Virus record (IMG/VR): IMGVR_UViG_3300042210_000075
Coordinates: 1 to 55,543 of that record
From: a virus
Lineage: Duplodnaviria; Caudoviricetes
Reading direction: 5' to 3' (one strand)
DNA length: 55,543 bases
The notes below the pieces were generated by a model. The model was not told where the DNA came from. It saw nothing but the letters and a program-made list of their open reading frames with translations, and did not search any database. A program made the translations under genes and the position numbers. The stretch's first letter is position 1, and each line of letters begins with the position of its first letter. Positions 46,785 through 55,093 of the stretch are shown here, in pieces.

Positions 46785-46830
46785 TTCACAAATAGGGTTA
46801 TTATGTTTATATTGTGTCTCGTACGTGTCA
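46785..46830 (+). promoter_or_regulatory. Early promoter with operator (46815-46830)
   Basis: TTCACA-17-TATATT followed by TGTCTCGTACGTGTCA. Confidence 0.65.
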
Positions 46831-46845
46831 TTTTGAGATACAGAC

Positions 46846-46943
46846 AAAGAAAACCCCGCACTAGGCGGGGCATTCACAAGGTTATGACCAAACCGTGATT
46901 ACTCAGGGCTGGACATGTGACGAGGCGACCAAACCTCATCACT
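46846..46943 (-). ncRNA. Predicted multi-target antisense sRNA
   Basis: Extended -10 TGTTATTAT (46951-46959), two hairpins exposing UUUGGUCG and UGGUCAU, terminator CCCCGC/GCGGGG-TTTTCTTT. Confidence 0.65.
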
Positions 46944-46994
46944 AGCCAGAATAATAACATACATCGTAAACGTCACAAGCAGAGGATGAGCCTA

Positions 46995-47900
46995 ATGACG
47001 GTATTTCCTAAAAACCTCTTGGTGTACAAAGCAAAAGAAGGCTTCTCGATTACTGAAGAAGACCTCAAGCGTTGTCTTAGTGACTTCGCATTTGTTGACT
47101 GTGGACCTAGTGATAAAGCTAAAACAGGTTGGCTATCTCCATTTAGTACAGAGCACATGTACCATTGTCATGGTACTCAAGACTTTCTTCTCAAGTACTG
47201 CAAACAAGAACGCAAGATCAACGCTTCTGCGTTCAACCAAATGCTTACTCGAACCGTGTCAGCAATGGAAGAAGAAGACGGCCACCCTCTCAACAAGCGC
47301 CAGAAAGACCAAATCCGAGATGAACTTCTCAGCGATATTCTTCCTAATGCACTCCCGGTTAATGATTACATCAATTTGTACATCATTGAATCAGGTAAAT
47401 ACATTGCCATCGATTCAGCGAATCACAACAAAGCAGAAACCGTACTTGCCCTACTTCGCAAGTCTCTAGGCTCTTTACCAGTTATTCCACTGCTCGGTGA
47501 TACACCTGCGGAAACCGTGATCACTGAGTGGGTGCGTTCTGGTGAAACTCCTGCAGGTATCGTTCTTGGCAATAGCGCTAAGCTCAAGTCGATTTTGGAT
47601 GATGGACCTATTATCGGTGTTAAAAGCGCTGATCTCTCTTCAGAAGAAATCCAAGCCCACATTGCCCATAACGCAATGGTTCGTGAAGTAGGCATCGATT
47701 TTCAAGATCGTGTTGCGTTCAGCCTTACGGATGGAATGCAAATCAAAGGACTTAAGTTCTCTGACGAAATCAAAGATCAGAATGAAGACATTCCAAAAGA
47801 AGATGTATTGGCTCGTCTTGACGCTGACCTTGCTCTGGTATTTGGTGAAATCAAAACATTAATTGCCACCGTCTTTAGCTCGTTCTCTAAGGCTAAGTGA
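46995..47900 (+). CDS. rdgC: Recombination-associated protein RdgC
   Basis: FPKNLLVY, KTGW, ELL..LP.A, LLRKSLGSLPVIP, IKGLKFSDE, RLDADLAL. Confidence 0.9.
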   Translation: MTVFPKNLLVYKAKEGFSITEEDLKRCLSDFAFVDCGPSDKAKTGWLSPFSTEHMYHCHGTQDFLLKYCKQERKINASAFNQMLTRTVSAMEEEDGHPLNKRQKDQIRDELLSDILPNALPVNDYINLYIIESGKYIAIDSANHNKAETVLALLRKSLGSLPVIPLLGDTPAETVITEWVRSGETPAGIVLGNSAKLKSILDDGPIIGVKSADLSSEEIQAHIAHNAMVREVGIDFQDRVAFSLTDGMQIKGLKFSDEIKDQNEDIPKEDVLARLDADLALVFGEIKTLIATVFSSFSKAK

Positions 47901-47901
47901 T

Positions 47902-48504
47902 ATGGCGTATCAGCTTATCTATGCCGACCCACCATGGCGAACAAACAACGTAAAAACCGGAGGCAGCATGACCTCCGGTGCGCAGCACCAGTACAACACT
48001 ATGTCGACTAAAGAACTGTGTGAAATGCCAGTGCGAGACATCATTGCTGACGAATCAATCCTAATCATGTGGTATCTGAGCTCAATGCCAATGGACGCAA
48101 TTCAAGTCGGGCATGCTTGGGGGTTTAAGAAGTTTCTCAACATGAATGGGCTTGTGTGGGGCAAGCTTACTAAAACTGGCAAGCACAATTTTGGGATGGG
48201 CTTCGGCACTCGTGCTGCAACTGAGTCAGCAATCATTATGTATAACGGCTCAATAAGCAGACTTATTAAGAACAAGTCTCAGCGCAATTACTTCGAAGCC
48301 AAAATGCCAGTGGATGAAAAAGGAAAGTACATCCACAGCGCTAAGCCTGATGAAGCCTACGACATTGTAGAAAGCTTAGTAGGCGATGTTACTAAGCTCG
48401 AAATGTTCGCTCGCTGCGACGAAAAACGAGAGGGTTGGGATGTGTTTGGTAACCAAGCCAACGGCTCAATCATCTACCAACCAGCCAAATTTATTGCTTT
48501 TTAA
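47902..48504 (+). CDS. MT-A70-family adenine methyltransferase
   Basis: IYADPPW, Y.TM, WGF, GMGFGTR..TE, HSAKP, KLEMFAR, GWDVFGNQ. Confidence 0.9.
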   Translation: MAYQLIYADPPWRTNNVKTGGSMTSGAQHQYNTMSTKELCEMPVRDIIADESILIMWYLSSMPMDAIQVGHAWGFKKFLNMNGLVWGKLTKTGKHNFGMGFGTRAATESAIIMYNGSISRLIKNKSQRNYFEAKMPVDEKGKYIHSAKPDEAYDIVESLVGDVTKLEMFARCDEKREGWDVFGNQANGSIIYQPAKFIAF

Positions 48505-48516
48505 GCAGAGGTTTAA

Positions 48517-48732
48517 ATGAACGAAGACAACAAAACCACCAGCGAAGAGATCCAAATTATTCGCGCAAAAGAAGTAGCGAAAATTACAGGTTTGGCTGAA
48601 CCAACGTTGTACAAGCTTGAGAACGACGATCCGACGTTCCCTAAAAAAGTACAAATTGGCCCAAAGGCTATTGGTTGGGTTAAGAAAGAGATCACTAACT
48701 GGGTTGCCAATAAAATAGCAAACCGTAAATAA
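48517..48732 (+). CDS. alpA: AlpA-family regulator / excisionase
   Basis: IIRAKEVAKITGL..TLY..FPKKVQIG.KAIGW..EI..W. Confidence 0.85.
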   Translation: MNEDNKTTSEEIQIIRAKEVAKITGLAEPTLYKLENDDPTFPKKVQIGPKAIGWVKKEITNWVANKIANRK

Positions 48733-48766
48733 CCGCCACCAGCGGCATTCACAAGGAACAGACCAA

Positions 48767-49041
48767 ATGACCACTCAAACGACACAACATGGAGTTACGA
48801 CATTTCGCAACTCGCAAGAAGCATTCATTCACAAGCATGTTTCTCAAATCCTCACCAACAAAGGACATGAAGCATCTGATGTAAAACGTGCAGCTAATTT
48901 CGCCGTTGATACTTATCGAAACACTGCATCATTCGGTGGTTCTAGGGGGGGAAGTGTTTCGACTACTGCCTTGCAAAAGCTGAACAATTGCTTTCACCAG
49001 TGAAAAAGCAAGCTGCAAAAAACGCGCGCAAGTCTAAATAA
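48767..49041 (+). pseudogene. Phage protein apparently frameshifted at a G7 tract
   Basis: One extra G at 48945-48951 would give GGKCFDYCLAKAEQLL.. ending at TAA 49041. Confidence 0.5.
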
Positions 49042-49084
49042 GCATAAGTCACGACTTAACAATCTATACACAAGGTAATGACCA

Positions 49085-49381
49085 ATGACCAAATGTAATT
49101 GCTTCAATGAGATGCTTGAGAAAGTCGAGCTCTCGGTAAAAGAACAACTTAAAGACACACCAATGGTTGAGGGCTCACTCAAAATTGATTGGCAGAACAG
49201 AGTTTTCTTCATCGATGGCAAACCATCAGCCCCAATTGCTCTTTATGTAAATACAGAATACCAACCATTAAAGAGAAACGGTGAACCAATGAAGAACAAG
49301 AGAAGCCGTCAATATGGCTTAAAGTTGTCTCATTGCCCTTTCTGTGGACACGAGTACGCATCTCAGGAGTCTGCAGCATGA
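49085..49381 (+). CDS. Zinc-ribbon phage protein
   Basis: CNC at N-terminus, CPFCG at C-terminus. Confidence 0.65.
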   Translation: MTKCNCFNEMLEKVELSVKEQLKDTPMVEGSLKIDWQNRVFFIDGKPSAPIALYVNTEYQPLKRNGEPMKNKRSRQYGLKLSHCPFCGHEYASQESAA

Positions 49382-49575
49382 ACGATCTAATTCTACCTGG
49401 GCACCCTCGTTTCTTTGATGAAAAGAAAGCAGCTGGCCGCCAATACGAAAAACCTACTCAAGAACAGCTTCAAACTGGCAGAGCTCGTCGCTCTATTGAA
49501 GATATACAAGAAGCTCGTGCAATCGCTAAAGCATGTGGTTGTGACCTATCTGATGTATTGGGGGTGTTTCGATGA
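49378..49575 (+). CDS. Hypothetical protein
   Basis: AGGAG RBS, ATGA overlaps; ARRSIEDIQEAR. Confidence 0.6.
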   Translation: MNDLILPGHPRFFDEKKAAGRQYEKPTQEQLQTGRARRSIEDIQEARAIAKACGCDLSDVLGVFR

Positions 49576-50246
49576 AAGCAGTACCTATGATCTTCAATAC
49601 TGAGATGGTTAAAGCGTTGCTTGATGGGCGCAAGACCGTTACTCGTCGACCAATGAAGAAACAACCCGAAGATAGTGGTGACGGTTTCGATTGGTGGCCT
49701 AGTGACTACCATCAATCAATGCTGAGAGTCAGCAATATTGAATCGGTTGAATGCAATAATAAAAGACAGTTCCTGAAAGATTGCATTTCCGAAGCTTCAC
49801 CATTCGGCAGTATTGGCGATCTGCTTTATGTGCGCGAAACGTTTTGCATTGGGAAAATTGATGAGTGTGATGCGGAGCATCCGGCTGATCGGAATCTTTT
49901 TGTATCTCAATGCAAAGGTGACAACAATTACATTCCAAAGCAGTGGTTACTGGATGACGGAATTAGCATTGAAGATGTGACATTCAAGCCATCAATCCAC
50001 ATGCCACGAAGGGCAAGCAGAATCACACTAAAAATTACCGATGTTCGCATCGAGAAACTAAACGACCTGCGCAAGAGTCACGAGCAGGTAAGGAAAGAAG
50101 GTTTTGAAAGCTGGCCTCAATTCAAACATGTCTGGGAAAGTATATACGGTCAATCACATCCAAATGATTACGTCTGGGTAATAGAGTTCGAAGTAATACA
50201 TAAGAACGTTGATGAAGTTCTTCGTGAAATGGAGGTGGCGGCATGA
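49572..50246 (+). CDS. ASCH-like phage protein
   Basis: IFNTEMVKALLDGRKTVTRR, GDLLYVRET, PSIHMPR.ASRITL, VWVIEF. Confidence 0.75.
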   Translation: MKAVPMIFNTEMVKALLDGRKTVTRRPMKKQPEDSGDGFDWWPSDYHQSMLRVSNIESVECNNKRQFLKDCISEASPFGSIGDLLYVRETFCIGKIDECDAEHPADRNLFVSQCKGDNNYIPKQWLLDDGISIEDVTFKPSIHMPRRASRITLKITDVRIEKLNDLRKSHEQVRKEGFESWPQFKHVWESIYGQSHPNDYVWVIEFEVIHKNVDEVLREMEVAA

Positions 50247-50809
50247 CTCTATTAGAGATTCAGGAGCACATTAAACAAGACTTTCCTCACCTGAAGAAAC
50301 TTTCAGCGAGCCATGAAAACTATGCTGATTATCGCCTTGTTCAATTTGCCACGCAGGCCATGGAAGAAAAATTAAAAATCTCCAGAGATAAAGGCCGTCA
50401 TGGGTGGTGGGATGAATCCGTATGCTCAATTCAAGATTTGCAAAACCTTCTAGAAGAACATGTAACCAAAGGCGACATGGTTGATGTAATGAACATTGCT
50501 GCAATGATTTACGTGCGCCAATGTGCTGAAGAAACAATTTGCACACCACACGAAACTATTCGTCAACTTGAGTTCTCGATGAATGGATTCCGTCGAAACC
50601 TTCACAATGACTTGAAAGAGCTCAAGGAATTGGTTTGTGACGTAATCAACGATGAATACGTTGATAAAGATGAACTCGAAGAAGCCATGGACAAAATTAT
50701 TTGCGCTTCCAATGGACTGAACTGCGTTTTCATCAAAGGAAATGACTTGTTTAACAATATGGAAGATCTCTTCCTTTCTCCAATTTGTGAAGATGAGGTG
50801 GACTCATGA
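50243..50809 (+). CDS. Hypothetical phage protein
   Basis: GGAGG RBS; AMEEKL..KGRHGW..HVTKGD.VDV.N.AAM. Confidence 0.65.
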   Translation: MTLLEIQEHIKQDFPHLKKLSASHENYADYRLVQFATQAMEEKLKISRDKGRHGWWDESVCSIQDLQNLLEEHVTKGDMVDVMNIAAMIYVRQCAEETICTPHETIRQLEFSMNGFRRNLHNDLKELKELVCDVINDEYVDKDELEEAMDKIICASNGLNCVFIKGNDLFNNMEDLFLSPICEDEVDS

Positions 50810-51231
50810 ATATCTGGCCATTCAGCACCATAAAAAAACAACGTGTTGAGATCGAAAAACTTCAGGATCAGCTAGTTGATGCAATGGTTGGGGATATCAA
50901 AATAACTGAGTTTGTTGCAAGGGAAGAGGAACTAGGCTTAAAACTTGAAGGCTCTATACTTCATGTGTTTGCTGCAGGGTTTGTTCATCATTTCCATGCC
51001 CAAGGCGCGACAAACTTCCTCGAAGTAGAGTTTGTTGACCCCAAAGAACCTAATGAACGCTACACGCTAACGATTCAACGTTTAAAAGGTCTACGACCAG
51101 CGATAAAAGCAAGCCTGACAACCGATGCTGCAATTGAGCTAATGAACGCAAAAAATCAAGAAGAAGCGGAGTTAGCAATGGAAAAACTTCATGAGTTAAC
51201 GTCTACCACTTCAATTGGAGGTAACTCATGA
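50806..51231 (+). CDS. Hypothetical phage protein
   Basis: GAGG RBS, ATGA overlaps. Confidence 0.65.
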   Translation: MNIWPFSTIKKQRVEIEKLQDQLVDAMVGDIKITEFVAREEELGLKLEGSILHVFAAGFVHHFHAQGATNFLEVEFVDPKEPNERYTLTIQRLKGLRPAIKASLTTDAAIELMNAKNQEEAELAMEKLHELTSTTSIGGNS

Positions 51232-51506
51232 GCATGAGAGAAGTATTCGGTGACCAAATCGATAAAGAGAGCTTCGGTAAAACTCTAAGCGGTGCTCTTG
51301 TTCTTGTTGGTCCTCAAAAAGAAGCTGGCGCACTAGCTATCAAATGCCATGACCACCTGACAGAAACACTAGAACGGTTTGTTAATTACTACTGTGACGC
51401 TGTTCATTCTGGCGATTGGGGCAATTGGAACCCTGAAGAAGATCAGGTAGTCATCGAGGCAAGAGCAGCTTTAAAAATGACTAAAGGAGCTCTCAATCAT
51501 GGTTAA
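51228..51506 (+). CDS. Hypothetical phage protein
   Basis: GGAGG RBS; SGDWGNWNPEE..ARAAL. Confidence 0.65.
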   Translation: MSMREVFGDQIDKESFGKTLSGALVLVGPQKEAGALAIKCHDHLTETLERFVNYYCDAVHSGDWGNWNPEEDQVVIEARAALKMTKGALNHG

Positions 51507-52071
51507 AGTAACTAAATCACAAGCAGAGCTTTACCAAGTTCGTCATGAAACCTTCGAAGGTTGGGGTGATATCCACCTAGTTTGCGGTGAGCAATCCGTA
51601 AGCGTGGTAATTCATTCAGATTACGGCACGTTCGCTAAGTATTGGTCCCATTGTGGGTGTAATCCAAAAAAGTTCTTGGTTGATCTGGATTTTGATTACT
51701 GCATGAAGAACCTCACAGATTATAAGCACTACATCAAGGCTCCTGAGCAGTACCCGACCGAAGTCAAAGGGCGAATTATTGAGGCTCGTCGTGCTGAAAA
51801 CTTAACGAAAGAAGAAGCGCGAGAAGCTTGGTGCGATATGCTTCAAACGGAATTTGACGAAGGAGACTTGTATTTCAAAGAACTCATCGATCACCATTTG
51901 TTCAATAAAGTTTTTGGTGATTATGAGTACTTACCATGCGCGAAAAAAATTGACCCGTGCTGTCAGGAGCTTTGGGAAATGGTCTGGTTGCCTTTTGTAG
52001 AGAGGCTTAAATCTGAACTTAACTTGGTTAGTTCGCTAGACCAACTAGCAGGTAAGTTAGCATGGAAGTAA
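51499..52071 (+). CDS. Hypothetical phage protein
   Basis: AAGGAG RBS; SDYGTF..W..G. Confidence 0.65.
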   Translation: MVKVTKSQAELYQVRHETFEGWGDIHLVCGEQSVSVVIHSDYGTFAKYWSHCGCNPKKFLVDLDFDYCMKNLTDYKHYIKAPEQYPTEVKGRIIEARRAENLTKEEAREAWCDMLQTEFDEGDLYFKELIDHHLFNKVFGDYEYLPCAKKIDPCCQELWEMVWLPFVERLKSELNLVSSLDQLAGKLAWK

Positions 52072-52427
52072 AAGTTGAAGCCAAAACATTCCCAGACCGT
52101 ATCGAGTTAACACAAAGTTTCGAAGACCCTCATTTTTCGCGCGACCCGATAGTCAATATGCACCGTGAGATTTTGAAGCTAAAAGACGCGGTAGTTCGGG
52201 ATGCTCTTATATCTCTTGGTTGGACGCCACCAGAAGAAAACAATAAATACATTGAAGCACTAAAGCGAATTGCTAATCCAATAGAGTTCATGCAACGAGA
52301 AGCAAAGCAAAACGGTGATGAGCTAAACGGTAGAGCGGCAATTTTACTTAGTAATGATGCGCAGTATCTAAAGGATATAGCTAAAGAGGCTTTAACAGGA
52401 TTAATCGAGGCGAGTAATAAGTCATGA
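52062..52427 (+). CDS. Hypothetical phage protein
   Basis: ALISLGWTPP; ALKRIANP. Confidence 0.6.
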   Translation: MEVKVEAKTFPDRIELTQSFEDPHFSRDPIVNMHREILKLKDAVVRDALISLGWTPPEENNKYIEALKRIANPIEFMQREAKQNGDELNGRAAILLSNDAQYLKDIAKEALTGLIEASNKS

Positions 52428-52954
52428 GTTTATTTCAATGTTCAAAATGTGGTTGTAGAGAGAACACCGCAGTATCTAATTATGCGTGGAGAGCGGCTCA
52501 CGGACAAGAACCTTTATGTTCAGCTTGCGACCCATTGATTGGCAAGTGGCATGAAGAATTTCCAAGAATATTCTTGCCACTTGGTGAATTTAAGACAAAT
52601 CAAGTTGGAAACCTTGAACATATAGCAACTGGCGATACAGATATTTCCAAATATCAAATCGATATGCTTGAAGTTCAGACTTTCAATAGAGCAACAAACG
52701 CTGCCATGTCTCGATTTGTTGATAACGGAAACGGAACCTTGTCTTACAAACGACCTGAGCCGTATTCAGGTAGAAGTGATGGGATTAAACCAACTCACCG
52801 CCCTAAGGGAAGCATGTGTGTAAACTGCAAAGGGTTGAGCAGCCAATACAAACACAACTGTCCATCAAGGGATGATTTCAAAACCATGCCTAAGATTGGT
52901 CAAGACAGTGATGGTATGATCGTTGTTAAGTGTTCAAACTTCGAAAGGGTCTAA
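52424..52954 (+). CDS. Cys-rich (zinc-binding) phage protein
   Basis: FQCSKCGC.ENTA, LCSAC, MCVNC. Confidence 0.65.
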   Translation: MSLFQCSKCGCRENTAVSNYAWRAAHGQEPLCSACDPLIGKWHEEFPRIFLPLGEFKTNQVGNLEHIATGDTDISKYQIDMLEVQTFNRATNAAMSRFVDNGNGTLSYKRPEPYSGRSDGIKPTHRPKGSMCVNCKGLSSQYKHNCPSRDDFKTMPKIGQDSDGMIVVKCSNFERV

Positions 52955-52959
52955 ACAAT

Positions 52960-53235
52960 ATGACCAGATCAAAGAAAACTATCATCAAAGTTCAAGATGT
53001 TCTCATGACTACCCCATCATACCCAGCTTATGGTGGTAGAGATGAAGCAGGAAACGAGCTTACGATCGAGCGCTACAAGATTGAGTTGCTCTTTGAAGAT
53101 GGTCGTAAATACGCTCACCCAGAAATGGGAGATGAGCGGTTTATCAAGAATCTTGAAGATAGAATTCGCAGACACGGGACCATTAACCTAGAACACTGGC
53201 ACATGATTCGAGATGTTCAAAACTACACACAATAG
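52960..53235 (+). CDS. Hypothetical protein
   Basis: ATG 52960; last gene of early operon. Confidence 0.55.
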   Translation: MTRSKKTIIKVQDVLMTTPSYPAYGGRDEAGNELTIERYKIELLFEDGRKYAHPEMGDERFIKNLEDRIRRHGTINLEHWHMIRDVQNYTQ

Positions 53236-53286
53236 AATTTGTTGAGCGTAGAGGCCAACAAGTCGAACTAGCCATTCGACACAACA

Positions 53287-53316
53287 AAAAAGGGGCATTA
53301 CGCCCCTTTATTTTTA
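53287..53316. terminator. Bidirectional terminator between early operon and int
   Basis: AAAAAAGGGGC-ATTAC-GCCCCTTTATTTTT. Confidence 0.8.
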
Positions 53317-54534
53317 TCCTGCCAATGAAACCCTCACTGCGCTATTTTCAACAATGTGTTTACTCCACCAGCTCATCATCTTACGTCGAAGTTCAAACCA
53401 ATCTGAGCGGTTATAGGCGCCACGTATACGGTCGTCATCGCCATGAGCAAGCGCAGCTTCAATAACATCCTTATTGAATTCCGCTTCATTGAGTGTAGTT
53501 GAAGCTAACGAGCGCAAACCATGAGCACATGTGCGATCAACAAACCCTGCCCTACGCAATGCCCGGTTCAATGTTTCTGAGTCAGTATGCTTGGATGGAG
53601 CTCGAACCGAAGGGAAAATAAATTCTCGGTGACTGCTGATCGGCTTAACAGCCTCAAGGATAGACATTACTTCATCGGTTAACGGGACACGGTGATCACG
53701 GTCCATCTTCATTCGCTCTGCAGGAATAGTCCAAACCTTCTCATTAAAGTCTATCTCACTCCATGAAGCGCCAGCTGCTTCAACAGGACGAACCATCGTG
53801 TGAAGCTGGAATTCGAATAAGCATCGAGTAGCAAAGTACATATTGCTGGTGGACATCTTCTGCATGAGCTCTGGAAGCTCTTCAGGTTTAAGCGCTGGTA
53901 AGTTCTTGGACTTTGGTTTTCTGAATGCTGCGGCAATACCAGACAACGGATTGTGATGTATAAGGCCACTATTCACTGAATACACCATGACCGAGTTCAA
54001 GATGGCGCAAACACGCTTAACGGTTTCAAGTAGCCCTTGTTTCTCGATACCTCGTAGTGCCGCGATAGCTTGGGGGGCTGTGATTTGATTTACAGGAAGC
54101 TTGCCTAAGGCAGGGTAAACATACTTACGAAGTTTTTGAGTGTGGCCAGCAAGTGTTTTTTCACTCACAGTATCCTTTTTAGTATCGAGCCACATTTCAG
54201 CAACGCGTTCCAAAGAACTGTTTTGCTCTTCAGATAATACCGCTCTTTCAGTTTCACGCTGAATCTGTGGATCAATACCTTCGGCTACTTGCTTTCTAAA
54301 TCGAGTAGCAATCTCTCTAGAATCTGCCAAAGAATAAGTTGGATATGGGCCAATGCCCAAGTTAGTAACCTTCCCGTTGATTGGACGAACGTAACGGAAG
54401 ACCCAAGACTTTGAGCCGGTCTTTCTAACGAATAAATACAAACCTCCGCCATCAGATAACTTGTAGTCCTTATCTTTGATCTCGGCAGTCTGCACAGAAC
54501 GTGCGGATAGCTTGTTAATACTTCTCTGTGCCAT
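53314..54534 (-). CDS. int: P4/CP4-family tyrosine integrase
   Basis: YKLSDGGGLYL..GSKSW..GPYP..SLA arm domain; VRP.E, RMK, HGLR, LAH, GAY catalytic residues. Confidence 0.95.
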   Translation of the reverse strand: MAQRSINKLSARSVQTAEIKDKDYKLSDGGGLYLFVRKTGSKSWVFRYVRPINGKVTNLGIGPYPTYSLADSREIATRFRKQVAEGIDPQIQRETERAVLSEEQNSSLERVAEMWLDTKKDTVSEKTLAGHTQKLRKYVYPALGKLPVNQITAPQAIAALRGIEKQGLLETVKRVCAILNSVMVYSVNSGLIHHNPLSGIAAAFRKPKSKNLPALKPEELPELMQKMSTSNMYFATRCLFEFQLHTMVRPVEAAGASWSEIDFNEKVWTIPAERMKMDRDHRVPLTDEVMSILEAVKPISSHREFIFPSVRAPSKHTDSETLNRALRRAGFVDRTCAHGLRSLASTTLNEAEFNKDVIEAALAHGDDDRIRGAYNRSDWFELRRKMMSWWSKHIVENSAVRVSLAG

Positions 54535-54536
54535 AA

Positions 54537-54737
54537 AGTAACACACCTTTTATTTGGTCATAACGCTTGTGAAGGTGTGTGTTACTTATTGCTGGCTACG
54601 CTATTAAAACCAAACGGTTAGCAAGATTCCCTTGCGCCAAAACAGGTTCAAAATTCGGTAGTAAATTAGATATCAGAAACAGCAAAAAGTAACACATCAG
54701 CCATCGGCTAGTATAATGTGTTACTTAGCGTGTTACT
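54537..54737. promoter_or_regulatory. Five TGTGTTACT-type boxes (putative arm sites)
   Basis: At 54537(-), 54578(+), 54688(-), 54717(+), 54729(+, CGTGTTACT). Confidence 0.65.
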
Positions 54738-54843
54738 AGTTTGAGGTTATCTACCCACAAATAAGATAGATAATATTTATTCCGTCTGATAAAAACCCTT
54801 TCAGTTCAACACTGTAGATAAATATCAGACGTAATAACGTTTG

Positions 54844-54860
54844 ATTTGGCGGTGAGCAAG
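54844..54860. repeat. att core within tRNA-Ser 3' end
   Basis: Identical to 2324-2340. Confidence 0.93.
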
Positions 54861-54934
54861 AGATTCGAACTCTCGATACGTTGCCGTATACACACTTTCC
54901 AGGCGTGCTCCTTAAGCCACTCGGACAACTCACC
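54847..54934 (-). tRNA. tRNA-Ser(GGA) (host)
   Basis: 88 nt; anticodon arm CACGC-CTGGAAA-GTGTG, long variable arm, TTCGAAT loop, GCCA end. Confidence 0.97.
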
Positions 54935-55093
54935 GGAGGTTAACCATAACGGCTAACGAGGCGCTAATTTAATGATTCAGCTAATGATCGTCAAGGAAAA
55001 ATCCCAAAAAAAGCGTTCTAACTAAGTTATTTGCTTACTAATTGGCTAAATTGAATATTTTCCCTACAACTGTGTTTTGTTTATTTCGCTGTA

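Larger units (their letters stand above)
2324..54860. mobile_element. Temperate podovirus-like prophage (~52.5 kb) in tRNA-Ser(GGA)
   Basis: 17-bp flanking direct repeats; integrase, repressor, replication, Q, lysis, terminase, portal, capsid and ejection genes; no tape-measure or sheath gene recognised. Confidence 0.95.

Noticed and set aside
46917-46994. GTG start extension of rdgC
   Set aside because: RdgC similarity and SD spacing point to ATG 46995; the extension overlaps the predicted sRNA and its promoter
2341-54843. Second DGR target (additional VR)
   Set aside because: No other TR-like copy seen by eye; a BLASTn of TR against the whole genome is needed to exclude remote targets
54751-54933. 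60-aa ORF
   Set aside because: Overlaps tRNA-Ser; spurious
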